From Acidaminococcaceae bacterium (GTDB lineage Bacteria; Bacillota; Negativicutes; Acidaminococcales; Acidaminococcaceae), in the NCBI GenBank assembly GCA_017460905.1, contig JAFTZZ010000004.1, forward strand, positions 1 to 48,633: a DNA stretch of 48,633 nucleotides, read 5' to 3'. Below the pieces are notes generated by a model that did no database searches, was not told the origin of the DNA, and saw only the letters and a program-made list of their open reading frames with translations. Below are positions 19,118 through 29,716 of this stretch, piece after piece; position 1 is the stretch's first letter; every line of letters begins with the position of its first letter. The position numbers were made by a program, and so were the translations under genes.

Positions 19118-20474
19118 AACAAAGGCTAAGGTCAGCTATGTCTGCCAGAATTGCGGCTATGTTACGGCTTCCTGGCTGGGAAAGTGCCCGGAATGCGGGG
19201 CCTGGAATTCACTGGCGGAACAGCTGGAAACGAAAACCAGGGAGCAGAGTTTTGTCACATTTATTGAAAGCAGCAAACCCAAAACGATCGGCAGTGTTGC
19301 AGCAAAGCCTGTACAACGGATGGAAACCGGCATCCGGGAATTTGACAGGGTGCTGGGAGGCGGAATCGTGCCGGGCAGCCTGATTCTGCTGAGCGGTGAT
19401 CCCGGTATCGGGAAATCGACGATCCTGCTGGATGTGGCCATGCGTTTCAGCCAGAAAAACATCAAAACACTGTATGTGTCCGGGGAAGAATCGGAGGAAC
19501 AGACGGCCATGCGTGCCGGACGATTGGGGAGCTGTACAGATTCCCTTCTGATCATGACGGCTTCGGAAATCAGCAGTATTTTACTGCAGGCCGAACATGA
19601 AAAGCCGTCCCTGCTTATTGTCGATTCAATCCAGACTATGTATACCGGCGATCTGGAAACTGCGGCAGGCAGTGTGGGGCAGGTGCGGGAATGCACTGCC
19701 AGGCTGCTGAAATATGCGAAGTCTGCCGGAACCGCGGTGCTGGTCATCGGGCATATGACAAAGGACGGGAATATCGCAGGCCCCCGTCTGTTGGAGCATA
19801 TGGTGGATGTGGTCCTGCAGTTTGAGGGGGACCGCAGCTATGCCTTTCGGGTGTTGCGGGCCCTGAAAAACCGGTTTGGTTCTACAGAAGAGTGCGGGAT
19901 TTTTTCCATGGAGCAGGGAGGACTGGCAGAAGTTGCCAATCCGGCAGGACTTTTTCTGGAAACAAGGGAACAGGAAGTAGCTGGGGCTGTAACCGGCGGG
20001 TGTATGGAAGGCAACCGGCCTATCATGATAGAATTCCAGGCGCTGGCTGCCCGCACTCCTTACGGTATGCCGCGCAGGACTGCGGTCGGGTTTGATTATA
20101 ACCGGGTGAATATGCTGATAGCCGTTCTGGAAAGACGGATGGGGCTGGATTTTGGAACCTATGATGCGTATGTCAATGTAGTTGGCGGCATCCGGGTCAG
20201 TGAACCGGCTGCAGATCTGCCTGTCCTGACGGCGCTGTTTTCCAGTTACCGTAACCGTCCTGTGCCCGCCGGCATGCTGATCTTCGGGGAAATCGGCCTT
20301 ACCGGGGAGGTGCGCCGCGTCCCGGCCATGGAGCGCCGGATATTGGATGCGGCAAAATTGGGGTTCCATCGGTTTGTCATACCTTTTGCCAAGCTGCGGC
20401 TGCCGGAAGATTTCAGGGGGGAAATTATTAAGGTTAAAACTGTTGAGGAAGCGGTTCATGTTATTTTTAAGTAA
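19110..20474 (+). CDS. radA: DNA repair protein RadA/Sms
   Basis: C4 Zn finger, GDPGIGKST, KNRFG, Lon-like C-terminus. Confidence 0.96.
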   Translation: MAKTKAKVSYVCQNCGYVTASWLGKCPECGAWNSLAEQLETKTREQSFVTFIESSKPKTIGSVAAKPVQRMETGIREFDRVLGGGIVPGSLILLSGDPGIGKSTILLDVAMRFSQKNIKTLYVSGEESEEQTAMRAGRLGSCTDSLLIMTASEISSILLQAEHEKPSLLIVDSIQTMYTGDLETAAGSVGQVRECTARLLKYAKSAGTAVLVIGHMTKDGNIAGPRLLEHMVDVVLQFEGDRSYAFRVLRALKNRFGSTEECGIFSMEQGGLAEVANPAGLFLETREQEVAGAVTGGCMEGNRPIMIEFQALAARTPYGMPRRTAVGFDYNRVNMLIAVLERRMGLDFGTYDAYVNVVGGIRVSEPAADLPVLTALFSSYRNRPVPAGMLIFGEIGLTGEVRRVPAMERRILDAAKLGFHRFVIPFAKLRLPEDFRGEIIKVKTVEEAVHVIFK

Positions 20475-20624
20475 ATGAGGATGCGTTTCTTAAAATACAG
20501 AATATTTTGCTACAATCATTAATTTATTTTGCAATATATAAATCATAACAGGCAGAATTTTTTCTGGTATATAAGAGAAAATTCCAACACAATTGAAAAA
20601 AATGTGAGAGACAGGAAAAATATG

Positions 20625-20690
20625 TTGACAGTATGTGTATGCTGATATATAATAAAAAATTTTGACGGACAAAAAAAATCATGCTATAAT
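20625..20690 (+). promoter_or_regulatory. Two tandem sigma-A promoters upstream of carD
   Basis: TTGACA-17-TATAAT (20625-20653) and TTGACG-17-TATAAT with TG extension (20662-20690). Confidence 0.75.
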
Positions 20691-20766
20691 ATATCTGTAT
20701 TCAATATGCTTTTGTTTGCTAAAGTTGTTAAACTCTGGTGCAGGTATTCTATAGCGGAGGTGTTCC

Positions 20767-21255
20767 ATGTTTGCGGTTGGTGACAAGGTCGTATATCCGA
20801 TGCACGGCGCAGCGCTGGTGGAAGATATCGAAGAGCGGATATATGAAGAAAAGCCAACGAAATATCTTGTGCTTTCCATGCTGATCGGCAGTATGAAAGT
20901 GCGTATACCGCTTTGTAATCTGGAAAAAGTGGGGCTGCGTCCTATTATTCCCAAAACCAAGATGAAAGAAATTAAAAAAGTGCTGGAAACAGAAGTTTCC
21001 AACAATTATAAAAGCATAACATGGAACCGCCGTTTTACCATCTATATTGATAAAATGAAAAGCGGCGATGTGCTGGATTTGGCTGAAGTAATCAGTATCC
21101 TGGAACGGCAGGACCGGCAAAAGAAGCTTTCTACAGGTGAGCGGCGGCTGTTGGGGAATGCCCGCCAGATTCTGGCCAGCGAGCTCATGATTGTAAAAAA
21201 CAGCGACATTGAATCAGCTGAGAAATGGATTGACGAGGCCTTAAATATTGCCTGA
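20767..21255 (+). CDS. carD: CarD family transcriptional regulator
   Basis: FAVGDKVVYPMHG, VGLRPII, WNRRF (conserved Trp), KKLSTGERRLL. Confidence 0.93.
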   Translation: MFAVGDKVVYPMHGAALVEDIEERIYEEKPTKYLVLSMLIGSMKVRIPLCNLEKVGLRPIIPKTKMKEIKKVLETEVSNNYKSITWNRRFTIYIDKMKSGDVLDLAEVISILERQDRQKKLSTGERRLLGNARQILASELMIVKNSDIESAEKWIDEALNIA

Positions 21256-21299
21256 TTGTTAAATGCGCACTATACTTGTTTAATTAAAAACTGTTTTGT

Positions 21300-21332
21300 A
21301 AAATGCCGGAATGAATATTCTGGTATTTTTTT
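21300..21332 (+). terminator. Intrinsic terminator after carD
   Basis: AATGCCGGAAT/ATTCTGGTATT stem + T-run. Confidence 0.65.
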
Positions 21333-21452
21333 GTGAAAAATTGCTCTTTGCTCTGTTATAAATCGGGAATATGTAGTAAAATATTAAAATAAGTATGATG
21401 GGTTAATAGTATCTTTTTCATGCTTATGAATTTTAAGGAAAGGAGGGATACT

Positions 21453-22622
21453 ATGTTACGAAGGATACTCACGATTGTTATAGCTGTGATATTAACTGTA
21501 ACCGGACTTATTCTGATGGAGCAGCTGCTTCCTCATATTTCATTCCTGATCGGCTATAACGTTAATTCAAAAGGGTTATTGGGTTATTCGTACATTCACT
21601 GGCTGTTTGCCATTCTGAGCGTTATGTTTTTCAGCTGGGTAGGCTGGGTCATAACGCCGTTTATCATCAAGTACCTGCTGAAATATTCAGAACTGGTTGC
21701 TTCGGTTCTGGCAAAGGCGCCGTCGGCTGATATTATCGTGTCACTGATAGGCGTCCTTGTAGGCCTGATTCTGGCCAACCTGATCGGCGCGCCCTTTTCC
21801 AGGCTGCCGATTGTCGGCTCTTATATTCCCATTATCCTGAGCATTGTTCTTGCCCTTACCGGCGCAAAAGTTGCACTGCATAAGAGCAAGGATATTCTGG
21901 GTCTGTTCTACCGTTCCCGCTCGTCCGGGAATTTTGCTGACAAAAATGAGGAAAGCGGAGAAGAGGTTATTCCGGAAGAAGCGGTCGTTGATACTGCCTC
22001 TATGCCCGGTGAACTGGCGGCGGTAAATAAACTGCTGGATACCAGTGTGATAATCGACGGACGCATAGCGGATATCTTAAAAACAGGGTTTCTGGAAGGA
22101 AATCTGGTGGTTCCGCATTTTGTCCTGGACGAGCTGCAGCGTCTTTCTGATTCATCGGATAATCTGAAACGGGCCAAGGGCCGCCGCGGGCTGGACCTGA
22201 TCCAGGAGCTGCAGGACACATTCCATCATGTAGTAATCGTAAAAGATATAGAGTATGACATGATTCAGGATGTGGACAGCAAGCTGATTGCGCTGGCGAA
22301 GGATACCGGATCGATTATCGTTACGAATGATTTTAATCTGAACAAGGTTGCCTCCATCCAGGGGATCCGGGTACTGAATATCAACGATCTTGCCAATGCC
22401 ATGAAGCCGGTTGTCATTCCGGGGGAAGAGATGACGGCATATCTGCTGCGCGAAGGAAAGGAAAGCGGACAGGCCATCGCCTACCTGCAGGACGGAACGA
22501 TGATCGTAGTGGAAGGCGGGCGCAAATACATAGGCAACAAGATCAAGGTGGCAGTAACCTCTGTGCTGCAGACTTCTGCCGGACGCATGATTTTTGCCAA
22601 GGTTGCCAGAAATCAGGCATAA
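21453..22622 (+). CDS. PIN/TRAM domain membrane protein (YacL family)
   Basis: N-terminal TM helices, LLDTSVIIDGRI, TNDFNLNKVA, DGTMIVVE, SVLQTSAGRMIF. Confidence 0.93.
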   Translation: MLRRILTIVIAVILTVTGLILMEQLLPHISFLIGYNVNSKGLLGYSYIHWLFAILSVMFFSWVGWVITPFIIKYLLKYSELVASVLAKAPSADIIVSLIGVLVGLILANLIGAPFSRLPIVGSYIPIILSIVLALTGAKVALHKSKDILGLFYRSRSSGNFADKNEESGEEVIPEEAVVDTASMPGELAAVNKLLDTSVIIDGRIADILKTGFLEGNLVVPHFVLDELQRLSDSSDNLKRAKGRRGLDLIQELQDTFHHVVIVKDIEYDMIQDVDSKLIALAKDTGSIIVTNDFNLNKVASIQGIRVLNINDLANAMKPVVIPGEEMTAYLLREGKESGQAIAYLQDGTMIVVEGGRKYIGNKIKVAVTSVLQTSAGRMIFAKVARNQA

Positions 22623-22651
22623 CGCTTACTGCAGGCGACATGGAGGAAGAA

Positions 22652-23374
22652 ATGAATGAATCCTTAACGGTAATTGTACCGGCGGCAGGTGTCGGGAAAC
22701 GGCTGGGCCTGGGAAAGAATAAAGCCTTTGCCTGTATTGGCGGGATGCCGCTTTTGATATTGTGTATGAAGATGCTGGCAGAGACCGGAATCGTGTGCAA
22801 AGCCATAGTGGTTGTCGGGGCTGCTGAAATTGCAGAAACAGAGGCAATGCTTGAAAAATACCAGCCAGAATATTTTTCTACAATGCCATGGAAGATTACT
22901 GCCGGAGGAAAAGAAAGGCAGGATTCTGTTGCCAACGGTCTGGCCCTGGTTACAGAAAAAGAAGGCTTTGTGGCAGTACATGACGGCGCCCGGCCTTTTG
23001 CGGGAAAAGATGTATTTCTTCGAACCTTTGCCAGGGCAAAGGAATGCGGAGCGGCCATTGCTGCAGTACCTCTTAAAGATACGGTCAAGATAAAGGATGG
23101 AGCCGGTTTTGTGGTTTCAACGCCAGACAGAAACACGTTGTGCGCAGTACAGACACCGCAGATTTTTGAGGTTTCGGTTCTGCGGAAGGCCTATCGCTTT
23201 TTGCAGGAGCATCCTTTTGCTGTTACGGATGACGCGTCCCTGGCAGAAGCTGCCGGAAGCCCGGTGGCTGTTGCGGAAGGTTCTTATGAGAATATAAAGG
23301 TGACGACTCCGGATGATCTGCTGTTAGCTGAAAAAATATTGGAAAAACACAGACTGGCAGAAGCAGAAGGATGA
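22652..23374 (+). CDS. ispD: 2-C-methyl-D-erythritol 4-phosphate cytidylyltransferase
   Basis: PAAGVGKR, GGKERQDSV, VHDGARP, QTPQ, TDDAS, NIKVTTPDDL. Confidence 0.95.
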   Translation: MNESLTVIVPAAGVGKRLGLGKNKAFACIGGMPLLILCMKMLAETGIVCKAIVVVGAAEIAETEAMLEKYQPEYFSTMPWKITAGGKERQDSVANGLALVTEKEGFVAVHDGARPFAGKDVFLRTFARAKECGAAIAAVPLKDTVKIKDGAGFVVSTPDRNTLCAVQTPQIFEVSVLRKAYRFLQEHPFAVTDDASLAEAAGSPVAVAEGSYENIKVTTPDDLLLAEKILEKHRLAEAEG

Positions 23375-23408
23375 GGTCAAAATATATTAATAGACAGGGA
23401 GCTTATTC

Positions 23409-23891
23409 ATGACGGAATTTCGTGTTGGAACCGGTTTTGATGTGCATGCGCTGGTAGAGGACCGGCCCTTGATCCTGGCCGGTGTGCGGATACCCTTTGA
23501 AAGGGGGCTGCTGGGACACAGCGATGCGGATGTTGCCTTGCATGCATTGATGGATGCGTTATTGGGGGCGGCGGCTTTAGGTGATATCGGCAGGCATTTT
23601 CCGGATACCGATGAACGCTACAAAGGCGCAGACAGCCGGCGCTTATTGTCTGCTGTGGTTGTGATGCTGCATGAAAGAGGCTGGGCGGTTAATAATGTGG
23701 ATGTTACCATCATTGCCCAGCGGCCAAAGCTTGCCTCTTATATTCCGCAGATGCGGCAGCTGGTGGCTCAGGATCTTGGTATTGCGGCAGAGGCTGTAAA
23801 CATTAAAGCTACGACTACCGAAAAACTGGGTTTTACCGGACGCGGTGAAGGCATTGCGGCAGAAGCCATAGCCAGCCTTGTTAAAAGCTGA
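23409..23891 (+). CDS. ispF: 2-C-methyl-D-erythritol 2,4-cyclodiphosphate synthase
   Basis: [29 protein letters not shown]. Confidence 0.97.
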   Translation: MTEFRVGTGFDVHALVEDRPLILAGVRIPFERGLLGHSDADVALHALMDALLGAAALGDIGRHFPDTDERYKGADSRRLLSAVVVMLHERGWAVNNVDVTIIAQRPKLASYIPQMRQLVAQDLGIAAEAVNIKATTTEKLGFTGRGEGIAAEAIASLVKS

Positions 23892-23951
23892 TAGCAGTAA
23901 TAGTATTATATATAATTAATTATAATTTCAAAAAATGTTGGAGGGATTTTA

Positions 23952-25424
23952 ATGTCACAGGAAATTCGTGTACGTTTTGCGCCAAGCCCGACAGGACCGT
24001 TCCATATCGGTGGTGCGCGCAGCGCTTTATTTAACTGGCTGCTGGCAAGGAAGCTGGGCGGAAAGATGGTGCTGCGTATTGAAGATACGGATCGCAAACG
24101 TTCTACGCCTGAATCGGAGGAAAATATCAAAAATGCCTTACAGTGGCTGGGGCTGGACTGGGACGAAGGCGTTGACGTAGGAGGCCCCTATGGTCCGTAC
24201 CGCCAGATGGAACGGCTGGATATTTACAAGAAGTATACAGACCAGCTGCTGGCAGAAGGCAAGGCTTATTATTGTTACTGTACGCCGGAAGAACTGGAAG
24301 AAGAAAGACAGGGGCTGCTAAAGGCGGGAAAGATGCCCCGCTATATGGGAAAATGCAGACACCTGACACAGGAGCAGATTGCGCAATATGAAGCGGAAGG
24401 GCGCAAGCCGTCTGTCCGTTTGCGGGTTCCGCCCGATGAGAAAATTATTGTGCACGACCTGGTTCGCGGTGATGTGGAGTTTGATTCCAACGGTATCGGG
24501 GATTTTGTAATTGTTAAGTCTGACGGTATTCCTACCTATAATTATGCGGTTGTCATTGATGACAGCCTGATGCATGTGACCCACGTCATTCGGGCAGAAG
24601 AGCATTTATCCAATACGCCCCGGCAGCTGCTGGTTTATGATGCCTTGAATTTTGAAAAACCGGTATTTGGCCATATTTCCCTGATTTTGGGGACGGACCA
24701 TACCAAAATGAGTAAACGCCACGGGGCAACCTCCCTGGATGCGTACCGCCAGAAAGGCTATATCCCTGCAGGTCTTAACAATTTCCTGGCGTTGTTAGGC
24801 TGGGCGCCTGCCGGGGAAAAGGAAATTTTCACCATGGAAGAAGCAATCCAGGAGTTTTCGCTGGACCGCGTTGCCAAGAATCCGGCAGTATTTGATTTCA
24901 AAAAGCTGGACTGGATCAATGGACAGCATATCCGTAAAATGACAGCCGAAGCGTTTTGGGAACTGGCAGTGCCTTTTATGAAAGAAGCCGGATACATGAC
25001 AGGCGCTGAAGAGGGAGCGCAGCTGGAATGGCTGAAAAAAGTTGTGGCTACGGCCCAGACACAGGTTGATTACGGCGCGCAGATCCCGGAAAAGGTGGCA
25101 ATGTATTTCAGCGATGATTTTGAATTTGAAAATGAAGAGGCTGCTGCAGTCTTGAAAGAGGAAACGGCGCCTATGGTCATGAAAGCATTGCTGGAAGAAT
25201 TGAAGGCGCTGCCTGAAGTGAACCGGGATACGGTCAAGGCGACATTCAAGAAGGTGCAAAAGGCGAATAAGCTGAAAGGGCAGCAGGTTTATATGCCGAT
25301 CCGGGTAACACTGACCGGTAATCAGCACGGTCCGGATCTGGCGGAGATGATTCCGCTGTTTGGTCTGGAGCGTACGGAAAAACGTATTTTAAGAAGTCTG
25401 GAAAAAGCCGGAATTTCTTTATAA
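23952..25424 (+). CDS. gltX: Glutamate--tRNA ligase
   Basis: RFAPSPTG, HIGG, LRIEDTD, KMSKR. Confidence 0.97.
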   Translation: MSQEIRVRFAPSPTGPFHIGGARSALFNWLLARKLGGKMVLRIEDTDRKRSTPESEENIKNALQWLGLDWDEGVDVGGPYGPYRQMERLDIYKKYTDQLLAEGKAYYCYCTPEELEEERQGLLKAGKMPRYMGKCRHLTQEQIAQYEAEGRKPSVRLRVPPDEKIIVHDLVRGDVEFDSNGIGDFVIVKSDGIPTYNYAVVIDDSLMHVTHVIRAEEHLSNTPRQLLVYDALNFEKPVFGHISLILGTDHTKMSKRHGATSLDAYRQKGYIPAGLNNFLALLGWAPAGEKEIFTMEEAIQEFSLDRVAKNPAVFDFKKLDWINGQHIRKMTAEAFWELAVPFMKEAGYMTGAEEGAQLEWLKKVVATAQTQVDYGAQIPEKVAMYFSDDFEFENEEAAAVLKEETAPMVMKALLEELKALPEVNRDTVKATFKKVQKANKLKGQQVYMPIRVTLTGNQHGPDLAEMIPLFGLERTEKRILRSLEKAGISL

Positions 25425-25503
25425 CATTAGTAATGACTGATTTTAATATGAATATGCGCAGGCTGTGTTGGCAGGACATGGCAGGCAAAAGGAGGGGTTT
25501 ATC

Positions 25504-26949
25504 ATGACAGTCAGGGTTTATAATACCATGACACGCAGAAAAGAAGAATTTATTCCTATGGTTCCGGGGAAAGCAAGCATTTATGTCTGCGGCGTAACGC
25601 CGTACAATCATCCGCATATAGGCAACGCGCGTCCGTTTGTGACCTGGGATGTTATCCACCGTTTTCTGGAACACGAAGGGTATGATGTAACGCATGTCCA
25701 AAACTTTACGGATGTCGATGATAAAATCATCAACACTGCGAATGAAGAAGGCGTACAGTGGAGCGATATCTGCGGACGGTACATTGAATCGTATTTTGAA
25801 GTAATGGATAAGCTGAATGTGCGCCGCGTACAGGTTTATCCCCGTGTGTCCCAGCATATGCCGGATATCATCAATACCGTACAGGCGCTGATTGACAACG
25901 GGTATGCGTATGTTGTTGACGGCGACGTATATTACAGTGTGGAAAAATTTAAGAGATACGGCTGCCTGTCGGGTCGCGACCTGAATGATATGCTGGCCGG
26001 CGCGCGGGTCGAAGTTGATGACCGCAAAAGGAACCCGATGGATTTTGCGCTGTGGAAGGCAGCCAAACCGGGCGAGCCTGCCTGGGATTCCCCCTGGGGC
26101 AAAGGCCGTCCCGGATGGCATATTGAATGCTCAACAATGAGCATGAAGTATCTGGGATCTTCCTTTGATTTTCATGGCGGCGGCAGCGATCTGATCTTCC
26201 CGCATCATGAAAATGAGATTGCCCAGTCGGAAGGCGCTACCGGGGTACATCCCTTTGTACATTACTGGCTGCATAACGGGTTTATTACCGTCAATGAAGA
26301 AAAAATGTCAAAATCCCTGGGTAATTTCTTTACCGTCAAAGATATTCTGGCCCATTTTGCGCCGGAAACACTGCGTTTCTTTATTGTTTCCACACATTAC
26401 CGCAGCCCGCTGGATTTCAGTGACGCAAGACTGAAGGAAGCGGAGTCGAGCCTGCAGCGTCTGCGTACGGCGAAAGAAAATCTGGCTGCTTTGCGCAGGA
26501 TCATCAGCGGAGGACCTGATGCGGAAAGCCTGGAGCTGCGTAAAAAGATGGAGCAGCTGCGTAATGATTTTATGGAAGCAATGCGTGACGATTTCAATAC
26601 GGCGCTGGCTATCAGCCACATGTTCGCGCTGGCGAAAGAAATTAACGTATATAAAGCCCGTGTTGATTCCGGTACGGTTATCCCGGACGGCAAATTAGTA
26701 GATATGATGGTCAAAGCATTTGCTGAATTCTGCTCGATCATCGGTGTGCTGGAAGGCGATGCTGATGCGTCTGCAGCAGGCGGGAGCGCCGGTCTTGAGG
26801 AAGAACTGATGCAGCTCTTGCTGGATTTGCGGCAGGATGCCCGTAAGGCCAAAAATTTTGCACAGGCAGACGCAATCCGCAACAAATTAGGAGAAATGGG
26901 TATTGTTATTGAAGATACGCCGCAGGGCGCCCGGTGGAAAAAGCAGTGA
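25504..26949 (+). CDS. cysS: Cysteine--tRNA ligase
   Basis: CGVTPY, HIGN, GRPGWHIEC, FPHHENE, KMSKS; ATG after AGGAGG. Confidence 0.97.
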   Translation: MTVRVYNTMTRRKEEFIPMVPGKASIYVCGVTPYNHPHIGNARPFVTWDVIHRFLEHEGYDVTHVQNFTDVDDKIINTANEEGVQWSDICGRYIESYFEVMDKLNVRRVQVYPRVSQHMPDIINTVQALIDNGYAYVVDGDVYYSVEKFKRYGCLSGRDLNDMLAGARVEVDDRKRNPMDFALWKAAKPGEPAWDSPWGKGRPGWHIECSTMSMKYLGSSFDFHGGGSDLIFPHHENEIAQSEGATGVHPFVHYWLHNGFITVNEEKMSKSLGNFFTVKDILAHFAPETLRFFIVSTHYRSPLDFSDARLKEAESSLQRLRTAKENLAALRRIISGGPDAESLELRKKMEQLRNDFMEAMRDDFNTALAISHMFALAKEINVYKARVDSGTVIPDGKLVDMMVKAFAEFCSIIGVLEGDADASAAGGSAGLEEELMQLLLDLRQDARKAKNFAQADAIRNKLGEMGIVIEDTPQGARWKKQ

Positions 26950-27413
26950 AATTTATCCGTTTTCAGCAGTTAAAAGAACAGGCGCTGGCTGTTTGTCAGG
27001 AAGAAGGCAGGCAGCTGCCTGAACCTGATCAGATGAATCCGATTGTGCTGGCGCTGATCGGGGACAGTGTTTTTACCTTTTATGTCCGTATGCGTTTACT
27101 GCCTGTTTCCAGTCATGTCCAGGTCATCCATTCCATTGCGGCGAAAATGGTTTCGGCGGTTATGCAGGCAAAGGCCATGCATGCGCTGGAAAAAGACCTG
27201 TCTGACGAGGAAAGCGCCATTGTGCACCGTGGCCGTAATGCAAAATCCATGGTGCCTAAAAGTGCCAGCGTCAGTGAATATCGCGCTGCCACCGCCTTTG
27301 AGGCTTTGTGCGGCTGGCTTTTGCTGACAGACCGGGAAAGGCGGCTGGAAGAGATCATTGAGCAGTCTTTTCAGGTGATTTCCCGGGAAATGCAGGACGA
27401 TAAAAAAAGGTAA
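26934..27413 (+). CDS. mrnC: Mini-ribonuclease III
   Basis: [27 protein letters not shown]; follows cysS. Confidence 0.9.
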   Translation: MEKAVKFIRFQQLKEQALAVCQEEGRQLPEPDQMNPIVLALIGDSVFTFYVRMRLLPVSSHVQVIHSIAAKMVSAVMQAKAMHALEKDLSDEESAIVHRGRNAKSMVPKSASVSEYRAATAFEALCGWLLLTDRERRLEEIIEQSFQVISREMQDDKKR

Positions 27414-27504
27414 TGGAAACCTGGATATTCATTTTATAAAGACATATTTCTTATGTTTTAAACCGGTATTGCCGGACAAGAAGGTTGGGAGGAGTGGAAT
27501 TGTT

Positions 27505-28236
27505 ATGAAAGTTGTATTGGTTAGACATACTCCGGATCCGGACAAATCGGTGGCGTTAAGCGCCCGGTTATGCTATTCGCCGGTGGGGGTTACAGAGCTG
27601 CAGGAAAAGATGAGTGATGAAGATGCTGCCAGGCTGGTTCGCATGCTGGTCCGCATGGGACATTTTTCCCCTATTGAGCACGTAACATTTACGTTTGCCA
27701 TTGAAGGTGTTTCCCGCGTACTGACACATCAGCTGGTGCGGCACAGGATTGCTTCCTATTCCCAGCAGTCCCAGCGTTATGTAAAGGCGCATAATTTTGA
27801 AACGATTATGCCGCCTGCAATTGCGGCTGTCCCGGAAGCCAAAGCAAAATTTGAAGCCTGCATGCAGAACCTGCAGGATTTGTACAATGACCTGACGGAC
27901 AATTACAATATTGCCAACGAAGATGCCCGGTATGTGTTGCCGAATGCAGCCGAAACGAAGATTGTCTGCACGTTCAATGCCCGGTCGCTTTATAATTTCT
28001 TCAGCCTGCGCTGCTGCAACCGTGCCCAGTGGGAGATCCGGGAGCTGGCCTGGAAGATGCTGGTGGAATGCCGTAAAGTAGCGCCTGTACTGTTTGAAAA
28101 AGCGGGACCTGACTGCGTAGCAAAAGGGACCTGCAAGGAAGGCAAAATGAGCTGCGGGATTCTGCCGAAGGTGAAAGCGTATCAGGCTGAAGGCAAAGAT
28201 GTAGCAGAACTGTTTCTGCCGAAAAAGAAAGAGTAA
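27505..28236 (+). CDS. thyX: FAD-dependent thymidylate synthase
   Basis: [21 protein letters not shown] (RHRx7S), [14 protein letters not shown]. Confidence 0.96.
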   Translation: MKVVLVRHTPDPDKSVALSARLCYSPVGVTELQEKMSDEDAARLVRMLVRMGHFSPIEHVTFTFAIEGVSRVLTHQLVRHRIASYSQQSQRYVKAHNFETIMPPAIAAVPEAKAKFEACMQNLQDLYNDLTDNYNIANEDARYVLPNAAETKIVCTFNARSLYNFFSLRCCNRAQWEIRELAWKMLVECRKVAPVLFEKAGPDCVAKGTCKEGKMSCGILPKVKAYQAEGKDVAELFLPKKKE

Positions 28237-28295
28237 GATGTGAAAAACGCCAGCTATTTACGTTGCAACAGCCTTTTTATTTAAGAGGTAATTTT

Positions 28296-29045
28296 ATGAC
28301 AGAAGAGATTATTGCCGGGCGCAATGCAGTGTTTGAAGCGTTGGCGAGCAGGCGCCCGGTCAATAAAATTTACATTAAAACAGGCACGCAGGGCGGCAGC
28401 CTGGAACGTCTGATTGCGGCTGCCAGGGACGCGGCAGTTCCGATTGAATACGTTCAGGGCGAAAAGCTGGACAAGCTTGCCGCAGGTGTCCGCCATCAGG
28501 GCGTTGCGGCACTGGCGGCCCCGATCGCCTTTCATTCTCTGGAAGAGGTATTGGAACAGGCCTATGCAAAAACCGGGCGGCCTTTTTTGCTTTTGCTGGA
28601 TGAGCTGCAGGATCCCCAGAATGTCGGCGCCCTGATACGCAGTGCGGATGCGGCAGGGGTGCACGGCGTTCTTCTGCCGAAACGGAGAAGCTGTCCGCTG
28701 AACATGGCGGTTGCCAAGGTTTCCGCCGGGGCGGTGAATTATGTTCCGGTAGTGCAGATCGGTAATATAACACAGACCCTGCAGGCTTTGAAAAAGCAGG
28801 GCTTTTGGGCAGTCGGCGCGGATATGGACGGAGAATGCCAGTATTTTGAGGCAGATTTTGACAGGCCGGTTGTGCTGGTCATCGGCGCAGAAGGAAAAGG
28901 CCTGGGACGGCTGGTGAAGGAGAGCTGTGACCTGCTGGTCCGCATACCGATGCAGGGCGGCGTCAATTCCCTAAATGCTTCGGCCGCCGGCGCGATCCTG
29001 ATGTACGAGGTCGTACGGCAGCGGCTGCAGGGGCATATTAAATGA
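28296..29045 (+). CDS. rlmB: 23S rRNA (Gm2251) methyltransferase RlmB/TrmH family
   Basis: HQGV, DPQNVGALIRSA, GAEGKG, IPM, SLNAS. Confidence 0.93.
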   Translation: MTEEIIAGRNAVFEALASRRPVNKIYIKTGTQGGSLERLIAAARDAAVPIEYVQGEKLDKLAAGVRHQGVAALAAPIAFHSLEEVLEQAYAKTGRPFLLLLDELQDPQNVGALIRSADAAGVHGVLLPKRRSCPLNMAVAKVSAGAVNYVPVVQIGNITQTLQALKKQGFWAVGADMDGECQYFEADFDRPVVLVIGAEGKGLGRLVKESCDLLVRIPMQGGVNSLNASAAGAILMYEVVRQRLQGHIK

Positions 29046-29554
29046 AAGAATATTATCTGGTTGACGGATACAATGTCATCAACAATTGGCAGGAGTTTAT
29101 CGGTATCAGGGAAAAGGATCTGGAACACGCGCGGGAGATCCTGACGGGAAAGGTTGCGGAGTTCTCAGCGTTTCACGGATATAAGGCGACAGTGGTCTTT
29201 GACGCGATGGAAGTCAGGGGCCCGGAAACCACGGAAACCGTCAGCGGCTGTACTGTCGTTTATACTGCGGAGCATGAGACGGCAGACAGCTGGATTGAAA
29301 GAGAGACCTACCAGGCGGTGAAAAAGCATATTAAAGTTTTCGTGGTGACCAGTGATAAGGCCGAACAGGACAGCGTATTAGGGTCAGGCGCTTACCGGAT
29401 TTCTGCCCGGGAATTCAGGGAAATGTATTACAGGACCAAAAAACAGATAGAAGAAAAAGTCGCAAAGCTTCCGGGGACCCTGGGGCGGCATGAGTTAGGC
29501 GGGCGCATTGACGATACGGTAGCTACCCATCTGGAACAGCTGCGGCGCAAATGA
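29042..29554 (+). CDS. rae1: NYN domain ribonuclease (YacP/Rae1)
   Basis: LVDGYNVI, VVFDA, ETADSWIE, VVTSD; lies between rlmB and sigH. Confidence 0.9.
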   Translation: MKEYYLVDGYNVINNWQEFIGIREKDLEHAREILTGKVAEFSAFHGYKATVVFDAMEVRGPETTETVSGCTVVYTAEHETADSWIERETYQAVKKHIKVFVVTSDKAEQDSVLGSGAYRISAREFREMYYRTKKQIEEKVAKLPGTLGRHELGGRIDDTVATHLEQLRRK

Positions 29555-29716
29555 GGTGTTCTGAACCCTGTTTGACCGCGGCAGCTATGAAGGTATAAAA
29601 TGTGTGTTATGTTTGACGCTGGCACAGTCTGTCGTGTATAATTAAGTAACCCTTAAATCATAACTGTGCTGCAGAAGTGTTTCTGCAGGCAGATGATCGC
29701 GAAAGGTGGAACATTG

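Noticed and set aside
23374-23381. AGGTCAAA CtsR-like half site before ispF
   Set aside because: Single half site with no adjacent promoter or second repeat.
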